Origin: Bacteroidota bacterium
Lineage (GTDB): Bacteria; Bacteroidota; Bacteroidia; NORP154
DNA: 64,000 bases
NCBI GenBank assembly: GCA_043811005.1
Contig: JBDRNO010000240.1
Span: 467-64,466, forward strand
Reading direction: 5' to 3'
Shown here: one piece after another, positions 36,401-45,133 of the stretch
Layout: each line of letters opens with the position of its first letter
Position numbering within the stretch: position 1 is the first letter of the stretch
Notes under the pieces: generated by a model
Database searches by the model: none
The model's input: only the letters and a program-made list of their open reading frames with translations
What the model was told of the DNA's origin: nothing
Made by a program: the position numbers and the translations under genes

Positions 36401-37143
36401 AAAGGAGTAATTATATTGCTGTATAGCTTTTCCAATAACTTTTGATGTGCTGTGGCAGTGCGGGCAGGGATGTTTATATGTCCGGGCATTTTTTCAAATT
36501 TGCCTGGCTGGTTATTAAAAGAAAACTCATTGTAAAAAACCATTCCCCTGCTATGTGACACCCGTGTGGTCATCCTGACTATTACCGGGAGCTTAAGTTT
36601 CCCGGAAAGCACAAAGGCATCCTTTGTCATTGAATAGGCATCCTCGGGAAATGCAGGATTAAAGACAGGTACTGATGCCATCTTTCCCCAGTAGCGGCTG
36701 TCCTGTTCGTTTGAACTGGAATGGCAGCCAGGATCATCGCAGACAACAATGACCAAAGGAGCACAAATCGTCTGGTAGGTAATGGACATCAATGGGTCGG
36801 AAGCGACATTCATCCCCACATTTTTCATACAGCACATTGCACTTTTGTTACCTATGGTATAAGCAATGGCTTTCTCCAAAGCAACTTTTTCGTTTACACT
36901 GTACTCAAAATAAATTGGATTTGATGTCAGTTCAGGAAATTTCTTTTTGTGTCCGGGGTCATTTTGAAATTCACTGACATGATTAAATACCTCAGAAATT
37001 TCAGTAGAAGGGGTGCCTGGATAAGCAAAAACGCCCTGAACCCCGGCTTCAATTGCCCCCCTGGCAATCGCTTCGTTACCGATCGGACAAGTCTTTTGGG
37101 GTTTTTTATAGGAGGTTAGTATTTTGATTATTTTGTCGAACAT
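33493..37143 (-). CDS. iorA: indolepyruvate:ferredoxin oxidoreductase alpha subunit with an inserted GltD/NfnB-like FAD/NAD(P) oxidoreductase module and C-terminal 2x[4Fe-4S] domain
   Basis: N-terminal IorA TPP domains (GVFAYPGTPSTEI; GDIGCFGLG...IGDGTFFHSG...GMTGGQ). The middle is GltD-like (CGDICHRPCE; IAIVGAGPAGLSAAYDL; LLIGGGNSAIDAAR; VFVAGDA). The C-terminus carries CNLCGLCIDVCP. There are four in-frame hairpin/repeat inserts. Confidence 0.75.
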   Translation of the reverse strand: MFDKIIKILTSYKKPQKTCPIGNEAIARGAIEAGVQGVFAYPGTPSTEISEVFNHVSEFQNDPGHKKKFPELTSNPIYFEYSVNEKVALEKAIAYTIGNKSAMCCMKNVGMNVASDPLMSITYQTICAPLVIVVCDDPGCHSSSNEQDSRYWGKMASVPVFNPAFPEDAYSMTKDAFVLSGKLKLPVIVRMTTRVSHSRGMVFYNEFSFNNQPGKFEKMPGHINIPARTATAHQKLLEKLYSNIITPFFEKHNIELSKSSKTFGKLKFLPSLCIISSGVSSVYLSEILYDNKLTGKIKVLKLGLIHPFPENNVIPFLKSVTRFQTVARILETEKSMTRLQAVPRILVLEELDPIVEDQVRVIAQKHNIDCNIFGKGFSSLATTGEFSIDIVKQAVEEFVGQPLKRKKELPPVVSLSHPPPEKVSLVPALSGVGEVILPPRPPSLCPGCPHRATFYALKLSIPRDNNNVVLCGDIGCFGLGALPPIQMIDTIHHMGMSISMAQGLSEALCSSSTSGKWGGAKTIALIGDGTFFHSGIASMMNAVYTNANIMVVIFDNRTIGMTGGQDHPGASRSDKYREIDIPPLLKGMGIQYVETIDPFDVKNSYEKIRDASLVKGVSVIVSTSPCIFHPDHKTKIPKNAIITVDHNLCTNCGNHLDHTLPCSRTYSPGSNLRRAKAKISAEYSIPGEMQPCPANICNHSFFYSIMDRNYKSALEIVKDKILFARTCGDICHRPCELYTGKETGPVVPVKQLKKFVSSIDENFYDFSALKERVKSSEKKNKDIAIVGAGPAGLSAAYDLIQAGYKVTVFEKEKQGGGLIRYAIPDFRMDKKGFDFEVSQLGELGVKFKYNISLGKDISLDKLTGKYDGVILATGMPKSLTLDIIEENIPREKRFDALSFLREYYFKTLELNPASSILLIGGGNSAIDAARTAKRLDSKNRVIVSCIETTEEMPAFAEEIEHAVEEGIELVPDSFVEHCPVKADGKISFKLSSFKTKKHLQKIVCDYVIVAIGQRGDKTLFSGINSLQFDKDIRIKIEKKNGLVKYKKPTLSQVVPKREGQIQSEPVVFVAGDACSGNHISVIGAIASGKRAAIGIRQLLEDYSIAYEGQDALDKLNVSPNNIRSKVNPNNIRINVDPNDIRINEITQNISQQLQQFDLYQACYWCNHCIDNFGCPAMTKVDAKVVIDETICNLCGLCIDVCPNRSIQWVEKKNLTS
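33721..33789. repeat. 3 x 27-bp tandem repeat, each unit carrying the palindrome CCGAATAT[CT]ATTCGG, in frame in CDS
   Basis: Palindromes at 33721-33735, 33748-33762 and 33775-33789. Period is 27 nt, or 9 codons. Translated as SPNNIRSKVNPNNIRINVDPNDIRIN. Confidence 0.9.
35842..35901. repeat. GC-rich inverted repeat CTCTCCCAC...GTGGGAGAG in frame in CDS
   Basis: 9-bp perfect arms plus TCC/GGA, with a ~34-nt spacer. Translated as LSHPPPEKVSLVPALSGVGEV. Confidence 0.8.
36105..36200. repeat. 2 x 48-bp tandem repeat, each with hairpin CACGG[CT]TT[GT]GAA[GA]CCGTG, in frame in CDS
   Basis: Units start at 36105 and 36153 with the same CTAATATGCGTG. Hairpins at 36118-36134 and 36166-36182. 48 nt equals 16 codons. 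Confidence 0.9.
36347..36380. repeat. perfect palindrome AACTTTCCAAAAGTT-TTAG-AACTTTTGGAAAGTT in frame in CDS
   Basis: 15-bp arms identical to the intergenic copy at 6339-6371. Translated as ELSKSSKTFGKLKF. Confidence 0.9.
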
Positions 37144-37489
37144 AAATACAATTTTTCAGCAGAAAAATCCAGCGGGGTAAAAATACGAATAATCTCAGAG
37201 TAAAAATCAATAGTGTCAATGATACATTTACGAGTGAAAATTTATCTGCTGTTCCTACCCCTAAATCCCCTATTTAAAGGTGTTATATTCTATGCTCATA
37301 AATATACGGAAAATTATAATAATTTTGAATTGAAAAACTTACCAGCCTGGACGAATACTTGTCTACGTTCAGGCGTAGGTAAATACCTTGTAGATGTATG
37401 ATTATTGTAGAATAAATGGATTACATATAATCATAATTCCCAGTAGGGGATAAATAAAAAAAGGGAGGGAATTAGAAATTATTTTTTAT

Positions 37490-37879
37490 TTAATCGCTAT
37501 TCTTCTTCGCAAAAGCAACAATATGTCCATCAATATCTGCTCCATAAGCAACATATTCTCCCCAGGACCGCAATGAAGTCTTACTTATTCCTTTTCCGCC
37601 TGCTTTTACAAGCCGGTTGTAGTAATTACCGGGATCATCAACAGACAGATACAGCTCACATCTTGGTATTCCATTTCCGGTTTCAGGGTGTGGTACTTTA
37701 TTTTTTAAAATTTTCGCAATTCCATTTTCAGGCATTATTCCAAGTTTGCAATTATCGGTAAGTTGAAATTCGGTCATTCCCGGAACATCCAGAACAGGTT
37801 CGATTTCAAGTATTTCTTTATAAAAATCCCTGCTCTTTTCCTGGTTGGAAACGTATATGATAAATATTGTTTCTCTCAT
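37490..37879 (-). CDS. VOC (glyoxalase/bleomycin-resistance) family protein
   Basis: 129 aa with an N-terminal IFIIYVSNQEKSRDFYKEILEIEP pattern. Confidence 0.6.
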   Translation of the reverse strand: MRETIFIIYVSNQEKSRDFYKEILEIEPVLDVPGMTEFQLTDNCKLGIMPENGIAKILKNKVPHPETGNGIPRCELYLSVDDPGNYYNRLVKAGGKGISKTSLRSWGEYVAYGADIDGHIVAFAKKNSD

Positions 37880-37929
37880 TTCATTAAACTTACTAAGAGC
37901 TTATGATTAAAATCGAAATTATTTCCATT

Positions 37930-38709
37930 TTATATTTCTATAGAACCAATGAGATAAGTTGTTGCTTTTCCTGAGATAGATACCCTATCTCCTAAATTTT
38001 CACAAAATAATTCTCCTTTTCTTTTTGATACCTGGTAAGCGTGTAATTTGCTTTTATTTAACTTTTCTGCCCAATATGGTATTAAAGTGCAATGTGCAGA
38101 ACCTGTTACCGGGTCTTCGGGTATTCCTGCCCGGGGAGCGAAAAATCTTGAAACAAAATCGGAATCATTCCCTTCTGCAGTTATAATGATCCCGACACAA
38201 TCGAGTTTTTCAAGAATTTCAAATTTTGGTTTTATTGATAAAACTTCTTCTTCACTTTTGAGTAAAGCTAAAAAACTACTTGATTTATACACTTCTATTG
38301 GTTCAACACCAAGTCCATCAATCATTGCTGATGTGGTTTCGACTAAAACCGGCTTATCCACAGGAAAATCAAGAGAGATCAAGTCATTGGATCTTGTCAC
38401 TATCAACTTTCCACTATTTGAATAAAATATGATCTTTTCCTTGTTATAAGCCAAATAATTGAAGATAACATGGGCTGTTGCCAATGTTGCGTGTCCGCAT
38501 AAATCCACTTCAATAGTTGGAGTAAACCATTTTATTTCAAAATCATCTCCTTTTTTAACGAAGAAAGCTGTTTCGGAAAGATTATTTTCAGCTGCGATAT
38601 TCTGTAACAATTCAGTATCTATCCATTTTTCCAATGGACAAACTGCAGCCGGATTACCACCAAATAATCTGTTGGTAAAAGCATCTACTTGATATATGGG
38701 TATTTTCAT
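37930..38709 (-). CDS. PhzF-family isomerase
   Basis: MKIPIYQVDAFTNRLFGGNPAAVCPL N-terminus, 259 aa. Confidence 0.8.
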   Translation of the reverse strand: MKIPIYQVDAFTNRLFGGNPAAVCPLEKWIDTELLQNIAAENNLSETAFFVKKGDDFEIKWFTPTIEVDLCGHATLATAHVIFNYLAYNKEKIIFYSNSGKLIVTRSNDLISLDFPVDKPVLVETTSAMIDGLGVEPIEVYKSSSFLALLKSEEEVLSIKPKFEILEKLDCVGIIITAEGNDSDFVSRFFAPRAGIPEDPVTGSAHCTLIPYWAEKLNKSKLHAYQVSKRKGELFCENLGDRVSISGKATTYLIGSIEI

Positions 38710-38752
38710 ATGATCTATTAATCCTTATGTTAATATTTTGTCACTATATTCT

Positions 38753-39562
38753 TTATTCCCTTTCAACAGGCATAACAAGGCAACTTGGTCCGCCTGTACC
38801 CTTTATAAATTCTGATAAATCACTAGTATGAACGATAATGCCACTTAGTTTTAATTCTTTAATTGTCTCAACATTTGCTATGTCTGCAATAACTTCATTA
38901 TTTCCAAGGCATATTACATTCCCACTTGCAAAATTATCATTAGAAATTTCAATTTTCTCAAATCCCTCAAAAAAATTATCCGGAAAAATTCCCTTACAGT
39001 ATAATACTTTTTTTTGACCAATAATACTCATAGCGCCACCGATATGTAAAAATGAAGATGGGACTTTTACTGATCTCACTTCGTAATCCATAGCGCTCAG
39101 TATGCTTGAAATTTGCTTTAAGCCATTCTCATTTGTCCTCTGCGATTGCCCAATAAAAGCAACAGAACCCGCTAATATAACATCTCCCCCTTCCACTGTG
39201 CCCGGGGCTTCTATACTCCCTGCATGTGTCTCTCCAATAGAATCCAGAACCTGTGCCATCCAGTCTTCTTCGCCCCTTCTTGTATTCAATCCCATTCTTA
39301 ATTTAATATATCCTTTAGGGGTACATAAAGCAGTATCTCGTGTAAAAACCGAATTTGGATGGTTGTAAAGCTCCGGAATATCAATCACTTCACATTCAGG
39401 ACTTTCAAGTATTGATTTCAAATTATCATGCTGCTGTAATGCCTTTTTCTTTTCTGCAAGTTGTGTTATATTGTGTAAATCACAATCACTAATACGAAAG
39501 TATTCTTGCAGGGGTGAGCAGACTACGACACGAGTTAATATATCTCCTTCATTGTTTAACAT
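38753..39562 (-). CDS. amidinotransferase-fold protein (dimethylarginine dimethylaminohydrolase / arginine deiminase-related)
   Basis: SVFTRDTA, a HIGGAMS-type block and C-terminal GGPSCLVMPV (active-site Cys). Confidence 0.65.
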   Translation of the reverse strand: MLNNEGDILTRVVVCSPLQEYFRISDCDLHNITQLAEKKKALQQHDNLKSILESPECEVIDIPELYNHPNSVFTRDTALCTPKGYIKLRMGLNTRRGEEDWMAQVLDSIGETHAGSIEAPGTVEGGDVILAGSVAFIGQSQRTNENGLKQISSILSAMDYEVRSVKVPSSFLHIGGAMSIIGQKKVLYCKGIFPDNFFEGFEKIEISNDNFASGNVICLGNNEVIADIANVETIKELKLSGIIVHTSDLSEFIKGTGGPSCLVMPVERE

Positions 39563-40041
39563 AATAATTCAAAGAATTTAGCCCCTTCTTCGGGATTAAA
39601 TCTATATGCTTCAATCTCTTTAAATTCTAAAGAAGTATATAGCCCTATTGCTTCTTTCATTGAAGATAATGTATCTAAACGTAAATATTTATATTTCACT
39701 TGTTTTGCTTTCCTTATAATATCCTTCATTAAAATCCTGCTCAATCCCTTACCTCTATGATCTTTAACAATATAAAGCCGTTTTATCTCGCCATAATTTT
39801 TTTTGAGTTTTCGCAGACCGCAACAGCCGATATAATCTTTCTCATGTTTTAAAAGCAAGATCAAACCACCGGGAGGGCCATATTGATCATGAAGATTATT
39901 GATTTCATTCTCAAAATCCTGAAAACATAGATCAATGTTTATTTCTTTCTCATATTGGAGGAATAACGAGCGGGCAATATTAAAATCTTCTTCTGATCTT
40001 GCAACAATGATCTTATAGTTATTTGAATTTCCCGGAATCAT
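39556..40041 (-). CDS. GNAT family N-acetyltransferase
   Basis: VKDHRGKGLSRILM acetyl-CoA loop. Overlaps both neighbouring genes. Confidence 0.75.
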   Translation of the reverse strand: MIPGNSNNYKIIVARSEEDFNIARSLFLQYEKEINIDLCFQDFENEINNLHDQYGPPGGLILLLKHEKDYIGCCGLRKLKKNYGEIKRLYIVKDHRGKGLSRILMKDIIRKAKQVKYKYLRLDTLSSMKEAIGLYTSLEFKEIEAYRFNPEEGAKFFELLC

Positions 40042-40361
40042 AATTTATAATCTTCTCTTACAGGATGAAAAGAGTCAATGATCTTGCAATCACTAATTGC
40101 TTTGCCTGAATGTTTTACATTGGAGGGGATAACAGCAACTATACCGGGAGTTAAAATCTGTATTTTCCCTTGTAAGTTCAACTCAAAATTCCCTTCAATT
40201 ATGTTTGCTATTTGCTCATGAGGATGGGCGTGTTCGGGGATATTGCTACCTGCCTTTATGTTCCAATATGCGATTGTCATTTTTTCTGAGTGAACAAATC
40301 TTGTTGTACATCCCGGCAATAATTCTTTTTCTTCAATGCTTTTTAGATCAATGAATGGCAT
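40038..40361 (-). CDS. cupin domain protein
   Basis: 107 aa with the EHAHPHEQ cupin motif. Confidence 0.7.
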   Translation of the reverse strand: MPFIDLKSIEEKELLPGCTTRFVHSEKMTIAYWNIKAGSNIPEHAHPHEQIANIIEGNFELNLQGKIQILTPGIVAVIPSNVKHSGKAISDCKIIDSFHPVREDYKL

Positions 40362-40545
40362 TTTAAATTAAAATTGATTAATTTACTTAATTATTTCAAC
40401 GGTTACGTATATGAAACGTTTGGCATTTCGAAGCACATTCCTGTCAAGTTACAAGTACTTTTGATACGAGCTAAAACGCTCGACAAACCACTGACTGCCA
40501 AATGTTTTATATACGATGTTGTGCCTTCGTGCTTTTTTATCATCA

Positions 40546-42312
40546 TCAAAATATTGTTAATTGTTTTTCTCGCATTGGTGTCATTTCGCTGATAAAACTT
40601 TCCCATTGAGAAAGGCTTATGCTTAAATCATATTTGTTGTTTAAATATATTATTTGTTCTTCAATCTCTTGTTTTGTAATAATTTTAGCGATACTTAATA
40701 AATCCAAACGCATCAAAAGGTCTTTTGTAAAAACTCTTTTTGCAACTGAAAATGTTATTGATTTCAAAAATTCTTCTGTCTTGTTATAATTTAGAAGAAT
40801 AATTGCATAAATAGCGAACTCAATTTTATTAAATCCTATAAAATAACAAGTATCATCAAGCATTACAGGCTTGTCTTCTTGAGGTAAAACTAATGTAAAA
40901 TGATATGTTTTATACAATCCTGAGATTGCAACTTTGTATGGTTTGAAAGAATAATCTCCGATGCCAAAAATTGAAAACAAGGGTTTCCCATTATAAATAC
41001 TGGATTTTCTCGCTTGAAAAGATGAAACATTTGCAATAAGATATTTATATGTTTCAGGATATAGATGTTGAATATAAGATGTTTCTTGTCCTACTCTTGT
41101 TTGAGTTACAATAACTTGTTTTCTTGTGGTTTTAATCACAGTATTTTTTAAATCAGAACTTTTTAAAAATCCATATATTAAATCTTCTTCAAGTGTAATT
41201 TCTTCCGAAAGTTTATTTATAAAATGACCGCTTATTCTTTCCAGTTCCATCACATTTGAACAATCATGTTTTATTCCTTGTCTCCATTCAAAAGGACATA
41301 CACCGTCTATGTTTTTTGTTTTAGTATAATCTTGAATATTTGAAACGAATTTAGAATTAAGCCATCCAAAACTTAATCTTTTCTCTAAACTATAAAAATC
41401 AAATTCATCACATACAACACTTGGGTTTGAATTGAGATGACAATAAAGCAAAGCCGCTTCAACTGAAACATTAAATTCCTTTTTACTATCAATGCAATAT
41501 TTTTCTATTTTACCAACTCTATACTTTTTAACTTTTTGGTCGAAAACGATGTTTTTTACCACTGAGTTTTTTACCAATAATGCCAAATAGCCGTTATGAG
41601 ATTGAAAGGCATCAAAAAGCATTAAAGTAATATATTCGGCAATATCAAAATTACCTTTGCCTGTCATTGCATCTAACCCGTTTTGATTTTTAAAATTTGA
41701 TTTTTTTGGAAGGTTAGAGGAATTAAGGCTACCTAATTTTGAGTTTGTTACCCAAGGCGGATTTCCAATTATTAATAATTTTTCAGTTGGAAACTGTTTA
41801 GAAATATTTTTAAAATCAAAATCGAAAATACTGCAATGTGTGATTGTAATTTCTGGTTTGTTACTGTCGGGATTTGAAAGAAAAAAATCAAGAATACTAA
41901 ATTTCGTTTCCCAAACGTAAGGCTTGTAAATTTCGATTCCAAATACTTTGTTAACTGCTTTAAAATTCGATAACGAAGCAATTATAAAATTACCTTTTCC
42001 GCAAGTTGGCTCAATAACAATTTCTGGTGATATATTCCTTATTTCCAAATGCTTTGCAACCTTATTTGCTAAATCTTTATTAGTTTGGAAATCTCCATAT
42101 TCTGCACGGTCTGGCTCTTCAACTGTACTAATGGCAACAATAGAAACAGATTCTTTCAGCCCTTGAAAATCATCATCATTCTCAAAAAAAGTATTGATGC
42201 CGAAGGCATCAAACACTTTTTGATTGGCATTTTCAAAAGACGAAGTATTATTTAAAAAGCCTTTTAAAAACTTGCAAACTTGCAATGAAATATTTGCTTC
42301 AAATATTCTCAT
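40546..42312 (-). CDS. N6-adenine DNA methyltransferase (Eco57I/TaqI-like gamma class) with C-terminal specificity region
   Basis: Motif I EPTCGKGNF and motif IV IIGNPPW, 588 aa. Confidence 0.8.
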   Translation of the reverse strand: MRIFEANISLQVCKFLKGFLNNTSSFENANQKVFDAFGINTFFENDDDFQGLKESVSIVAISTVEEPDRAEYGDFQTNKDLANKVAKHLEIRNISPEIVIEPTCGKGNFIIASLSNFKAVNKVFGIEIYKPYVWETKFSILDFFLSNPDSNKPEITITHCSIFDFDFKNISKQFPTEKLLIIGNPPWVTNSKLGSLNSSNLPKKSNFKNQNGLDAMTGKGNFDIAEYITLMLFDAFQSHNGYLALLVKNSVVKNIVFDQKVKKYRVGKIEKYCIDSKKEFNVSVEAALLYCHLNSNPSVVCDEFDFYSLEKRLSFGWLNSKFVSNIQDYTKTKNIDGVCPFEWRQGIKHDCSNVMELERISGHFINKLSEEITLEEDLIYGFLKSSDLKNTVIKTTRKQVIVTQTRVGQETSYIQHLYPETYKYLIANVSSFQARKSSIYNGKPLFSIFGIGDYSFKPYKVAISGLYKTYHFTLVLPQEDKPVMLDDTCYFIGFNKIEFAIYAIILLNYNKTEEFLKSITFSVAKRVFTKDLLMRLDLLSIAKIITKQEIEEQIIYLNNKYDLSISLSQWESFISEMTPMREKQLTIF

Positions 42313-42986
42313 TACTTGGCTACTTTATCAATTACTTTACTAATTCCTTGTACTGCCTTGTCAAGCGTAACAACTCTTTGGTATTGAAGTCGCCATTGTA
42401 AAGCGTTTGAAATAGTCAAATATCCTTGAACAGGAGGTGTTTTTAGAATTTGTTTTGCTAACTGATTTAGAGTTATTTCATCGGCAGGAATATTTTTATC
42501 GTTCAGATATGCAACAATATCTTCTACATTAGCCTTATCCTTAACCATTTCACGTAAACGATAAGTTGTTGTATAATCGGCTGTCCGTTCTTTTGAAATA
42601 AATGAGCAACTAACAAAATCAAGTATAGCGGTTTTGGTTTTTGGGTCATCTATTTTGTCGTAAACAAAAACAAGTAGGTTGTACCCAAGTCCAAAAATCT
42701 TTTGTTTAGCATCTTTAAACGGACAAGATGATTGCGGTTGCTTTATTGATGTAACCTTAATGTCTGTTAGTATGTCGTCAGATGGTAAATCAATTCCATT
42801 TGCAGATGAACCAATTGTTGTTTTGTATTTTGAGTTTAATTGCTCTTGAAACTTATGTTCGATATGTGTCCCAACTGCTTTGCCGTCAGTTACGCCAAAA
42901 AGTGATTTATTTTGAATCTTTGATTCTGCGATGCAAAAGGCTTTGGCTTCTGCTTTTAATTTATCTATTGTTAGTTTTTCTTTCAT
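42312..42986 (-). CDS. putative type II restriction endonuclease (PD-(D/E)XK-like)
   Basis: Its stop shares one nucleotide (42312) with the MTase start. GIDLP...TDIKVTS fits a D...(D/E)xK motif. The family itself was not recognised. Confidence 0.5.
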   Translation of the reverse strand: MKEKLTIDKLKAEAKAFCIAESKIQNKSLFGVTDGKAVGTHIEHKFQEQLNSKYKTTIGSSANGIDLPSDDILTDIKVTSIKQPQSSCPFKDAKQKIFGLGYNLLVFVYDKIDDPKTKTAILDFVSCSFISKERTADYTTTYRLREMVKDKANVEDIVAYLNDKNIPADEITLNQLAKQILKTPPVQGYLTISNALQWRLQYQRVVTLDKAVQGISKVIDKVAK

Positions 42987-43201
42987 TCTAATTCCTTGTA
43001 TTTTAGTCTACAAATTTAATCATTTTTTCTGTCATTTGGTATGCTGTCGGTTTTCTTAGCATGAGGCACAACGGTTCGCGCATATGTTTTGTTGCGGTTC
43101 TTCACTCTGATTTAGATTGGTTTGTACTACTTTCAAATTTACAATTCTTTGTCTTGATAACCACTACACGGCTATGTGATATACTTGCTGTTAGCGGTAG
43201 T

Positions 43202-44422
43202 TTATCTTTGTTTTAAAGTTCTTATTTGCTTTAAAATTTCAGGTATTTCATAATAGTCTTCCACCCAAAGTGTTTTGACACCAAATGATGATGAATCATT
43301 TTCTTCAAATGTTTCAATTGTCTTTATCAGAAAATTAACCGTTTCATCAAAATTCAATTGTGCTTTAACTTTTTCATCAAAAAGAATTTTATTATCCTCT
43401 AAAATGATTTTCAGCTTGTTTCCTATTTCAGTTGATTTATACTTTTTCTTGAAGATGTAATGAAACTCTTCTTTATCTCCTTTTTGAATTCTTGCAATAT
43501 CTAGTAATCTTCTAATATTTGGATCCGTTAAAGAAGATCCGATAAATAGACAAGTGAAGTCTCTAAATTTGTTAATTTGGACGATATTATTCCAACTGTA
43601 AATGTCGGTATATTGTTTATGATATACATTCTCCCCAAATGTTATTTGATTACTATCATTAAGCTTACTTTTTTCTGGAAGAAAACCATGCACGTGATAT
43701 ATTGGTAATTCGCCTGGTTCAGGATTCATACCAACACCATATATTGGTCTAAACGGAATTTCAACATTGGTTTTCAATAAATGCTGTTCAACAATATCAT
43801 CGAAATTGTAAGTAATAATTGAATCGATGTTTGGACTTTTTCCTGCAGCTACACAAAATTTAACGATTTCATCCATAATTGATGAAGTCTTTGAAATATT
43901 TAAGTTTTCATATAGAACCTTTCTAACTGCTTCTTCAAATGAACTGTTTTTCTTTTCATAATATTTTTGAAGGTAACGTCCTGCTATTAAAGGGCTCGGA
44001 GAGAACAATTCTGTGAAAAGCTTTGATAATGCATTTGAAGCACTTTGTTCTTTTTCAATTGTAGTTACCATAATTTTTTGCAAGAGAACATCCCAACTAG
44101 GCAGACCGTAATTCATAGAGATACCTGCCCCCATTACGAAAACAAGCTTTTCGTTTCGGTACGCTTTATTGATTTTATTAATTATTTCTTGTCGACTGAC
44201 CTTTACTTGAAATTCCTTGAACTTATCTAACTCAAGTTCTGTTTTCTTTAAAATATTTGAAGTAAAAATTTGTTCAAGTTGTCGTTTTAATTCCTCCTGT
44301 TTTTTCCTTAATTCATCTTCTAATTGATGTTGAATCTTATTCCTGGCTTCTAACTCTTTTTTTGAAATTCTAGTCACTTCAACTTCGCTTGGTGTTTTTT
44401 CAACCATTTTTTTCTTTGTCAT
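43202..44422 (-). CDS. SIR2-like (SIR2_2) domain protein with N-terminal coiled coil, defence-type NADase candidate
   Basis: LVFVMGAGISMNYGLPSWDVLL, PIYHVHGF and FIGSSLTDPNIRRLL motifs. The N-terminal ~80 aa are E/K/L/Q-rich. Confidence 0.7.
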   Translation of the reverse strand: MTKKKMVEKTPSEVEVTRISKKELEARNKIQHQLEDELRKKQEELKRQLEQIFTSNILKKTELELDKFKEFQVKVSRQEIINKINKAYRNEKLVFVMGAGISMNYGLPSWDVLLQKIMVTTIEKEQSASNALSKLFTELFSPSPLIAGRYLQKYYEKKNSSFEEAVRKVLYENLNISKTSSIMDEIVKFCVAAGKSPNIDSIITYNFDDIVEQHLLKTNVEIPFRPIYGVGMNPEPGELPIYHVHGFLPEKSKLNDSNQITFGENVYHKQYTDIYSWNNIVQINKFRDFTCLFIGSSLTDPNIRRLLDIARIQKGDKEEFHYIFKKKYKSTEIGNKLKIILEDNKILFDEKVKAQLNFDETVNFLIKTIETFEENDSSSFGVKTLWVEDYYEIPEILKQIRTLKQR

Positions 44423-44495
44423 AGTTGTTTGATTAAATTACCGCTAACATATGGCTAAAGGACATAATGTCCTTTATTTCTCTTATATATGTTTA

Positions 44496-44957
44496 TCACC
44501 CCAAAGATAGTGAATCTAATGGATTTTCAATTTTATTTATCACATTTATTGCTACATGTGTATAAATTTCTGTGGTTTTACTGGATTTATGACCCATTAG
44601 GGTCTGAATATACCTAAGATCCACGCCACTTTCAAGCAAATGAGTTGCAAAGCTGTGCCTGAGTACATGCGGGGTAACATCATGTTTAATACGAGCTCTT
44701 TTTGCAGTTTTTTTTACAATATTTCCAACACTTTTGCCGGAGTATTTACCACCAAATTGACCCTCTATCAGATATTCCTTTGGCTGATAAATTTGATAGT
44801 ACTTTCTGAGGTCAAGCAGCAAGTTCTCACTAAGTAAAGTAAATCTATCTTTACTAAAATTAAACAGGCGCTTATTGAAAAATTTCAATAAAGCCGGTAA
44901 AACAACTATCAGGAAAGAAAACTTACTAAAAGCAGGATTTAATCCGAGGTATTTCAC
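44496..44957 (-). pseudogene. tyrosine recombinase (XerC/D-like integrase), C-terminal fragment only
   Basis: Homology starts near [12 protein letters not shown] and contains [39 protein letters not shown]. The N-terminal ~170 aa of the family are absent. The upstream part of the ORF is non-homologous read-through. Confidence 0.7.
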
Positions 44958-45087
44958 TCATTACTGGAAAGCACAAAACGGTAATTTGTACCTGTTTTGC
45001 TATGAATATGGATTTATGGATATAATAGAAAATGATCGCGCCAAATACAGGCTGGTTCACTGGCAGGAATATATGAATAGAAAATGA
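44875..45087 (+). CDS. hypothetical small protein
   Basis: 70-aa ORF with non-repetitive composition ([27 protein letters not shown]). Overlaps the non-homologous part of the integrase ORF. No family recognised. Confidence 0.3.
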   Translation: MKNFNKAGKTTIRKENLLKAGFNPRYFTHYWKAQNGNLYLFCYEYGFMDIIENDRAKYRLVHWQEYMNRK

Positions 45088-45133
45088 AAAACATGAAGTG
45101 AAATAATTACCTGCGTGAGGGATGGGAGCGACA

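Noticed and set aside
43100-43200. tRNA-like string GCCGTGTAGTGGTTATCAAG (minus strand) between the REase and SIR2 genes
   Set aside because: No T-arm (GTTCRANYC) and no matching acceptor stem could be found, so it is not a tRNA.
43189-44454. SIR2-flanking inverted repeat as integron attC sites
   Set aside because: The core GTTAGCG does not fit GTTRRRY. The neighbouring recombinase fragment lacks the long IntI-specific insertion before the HxLRHSFAT box and is truncated.
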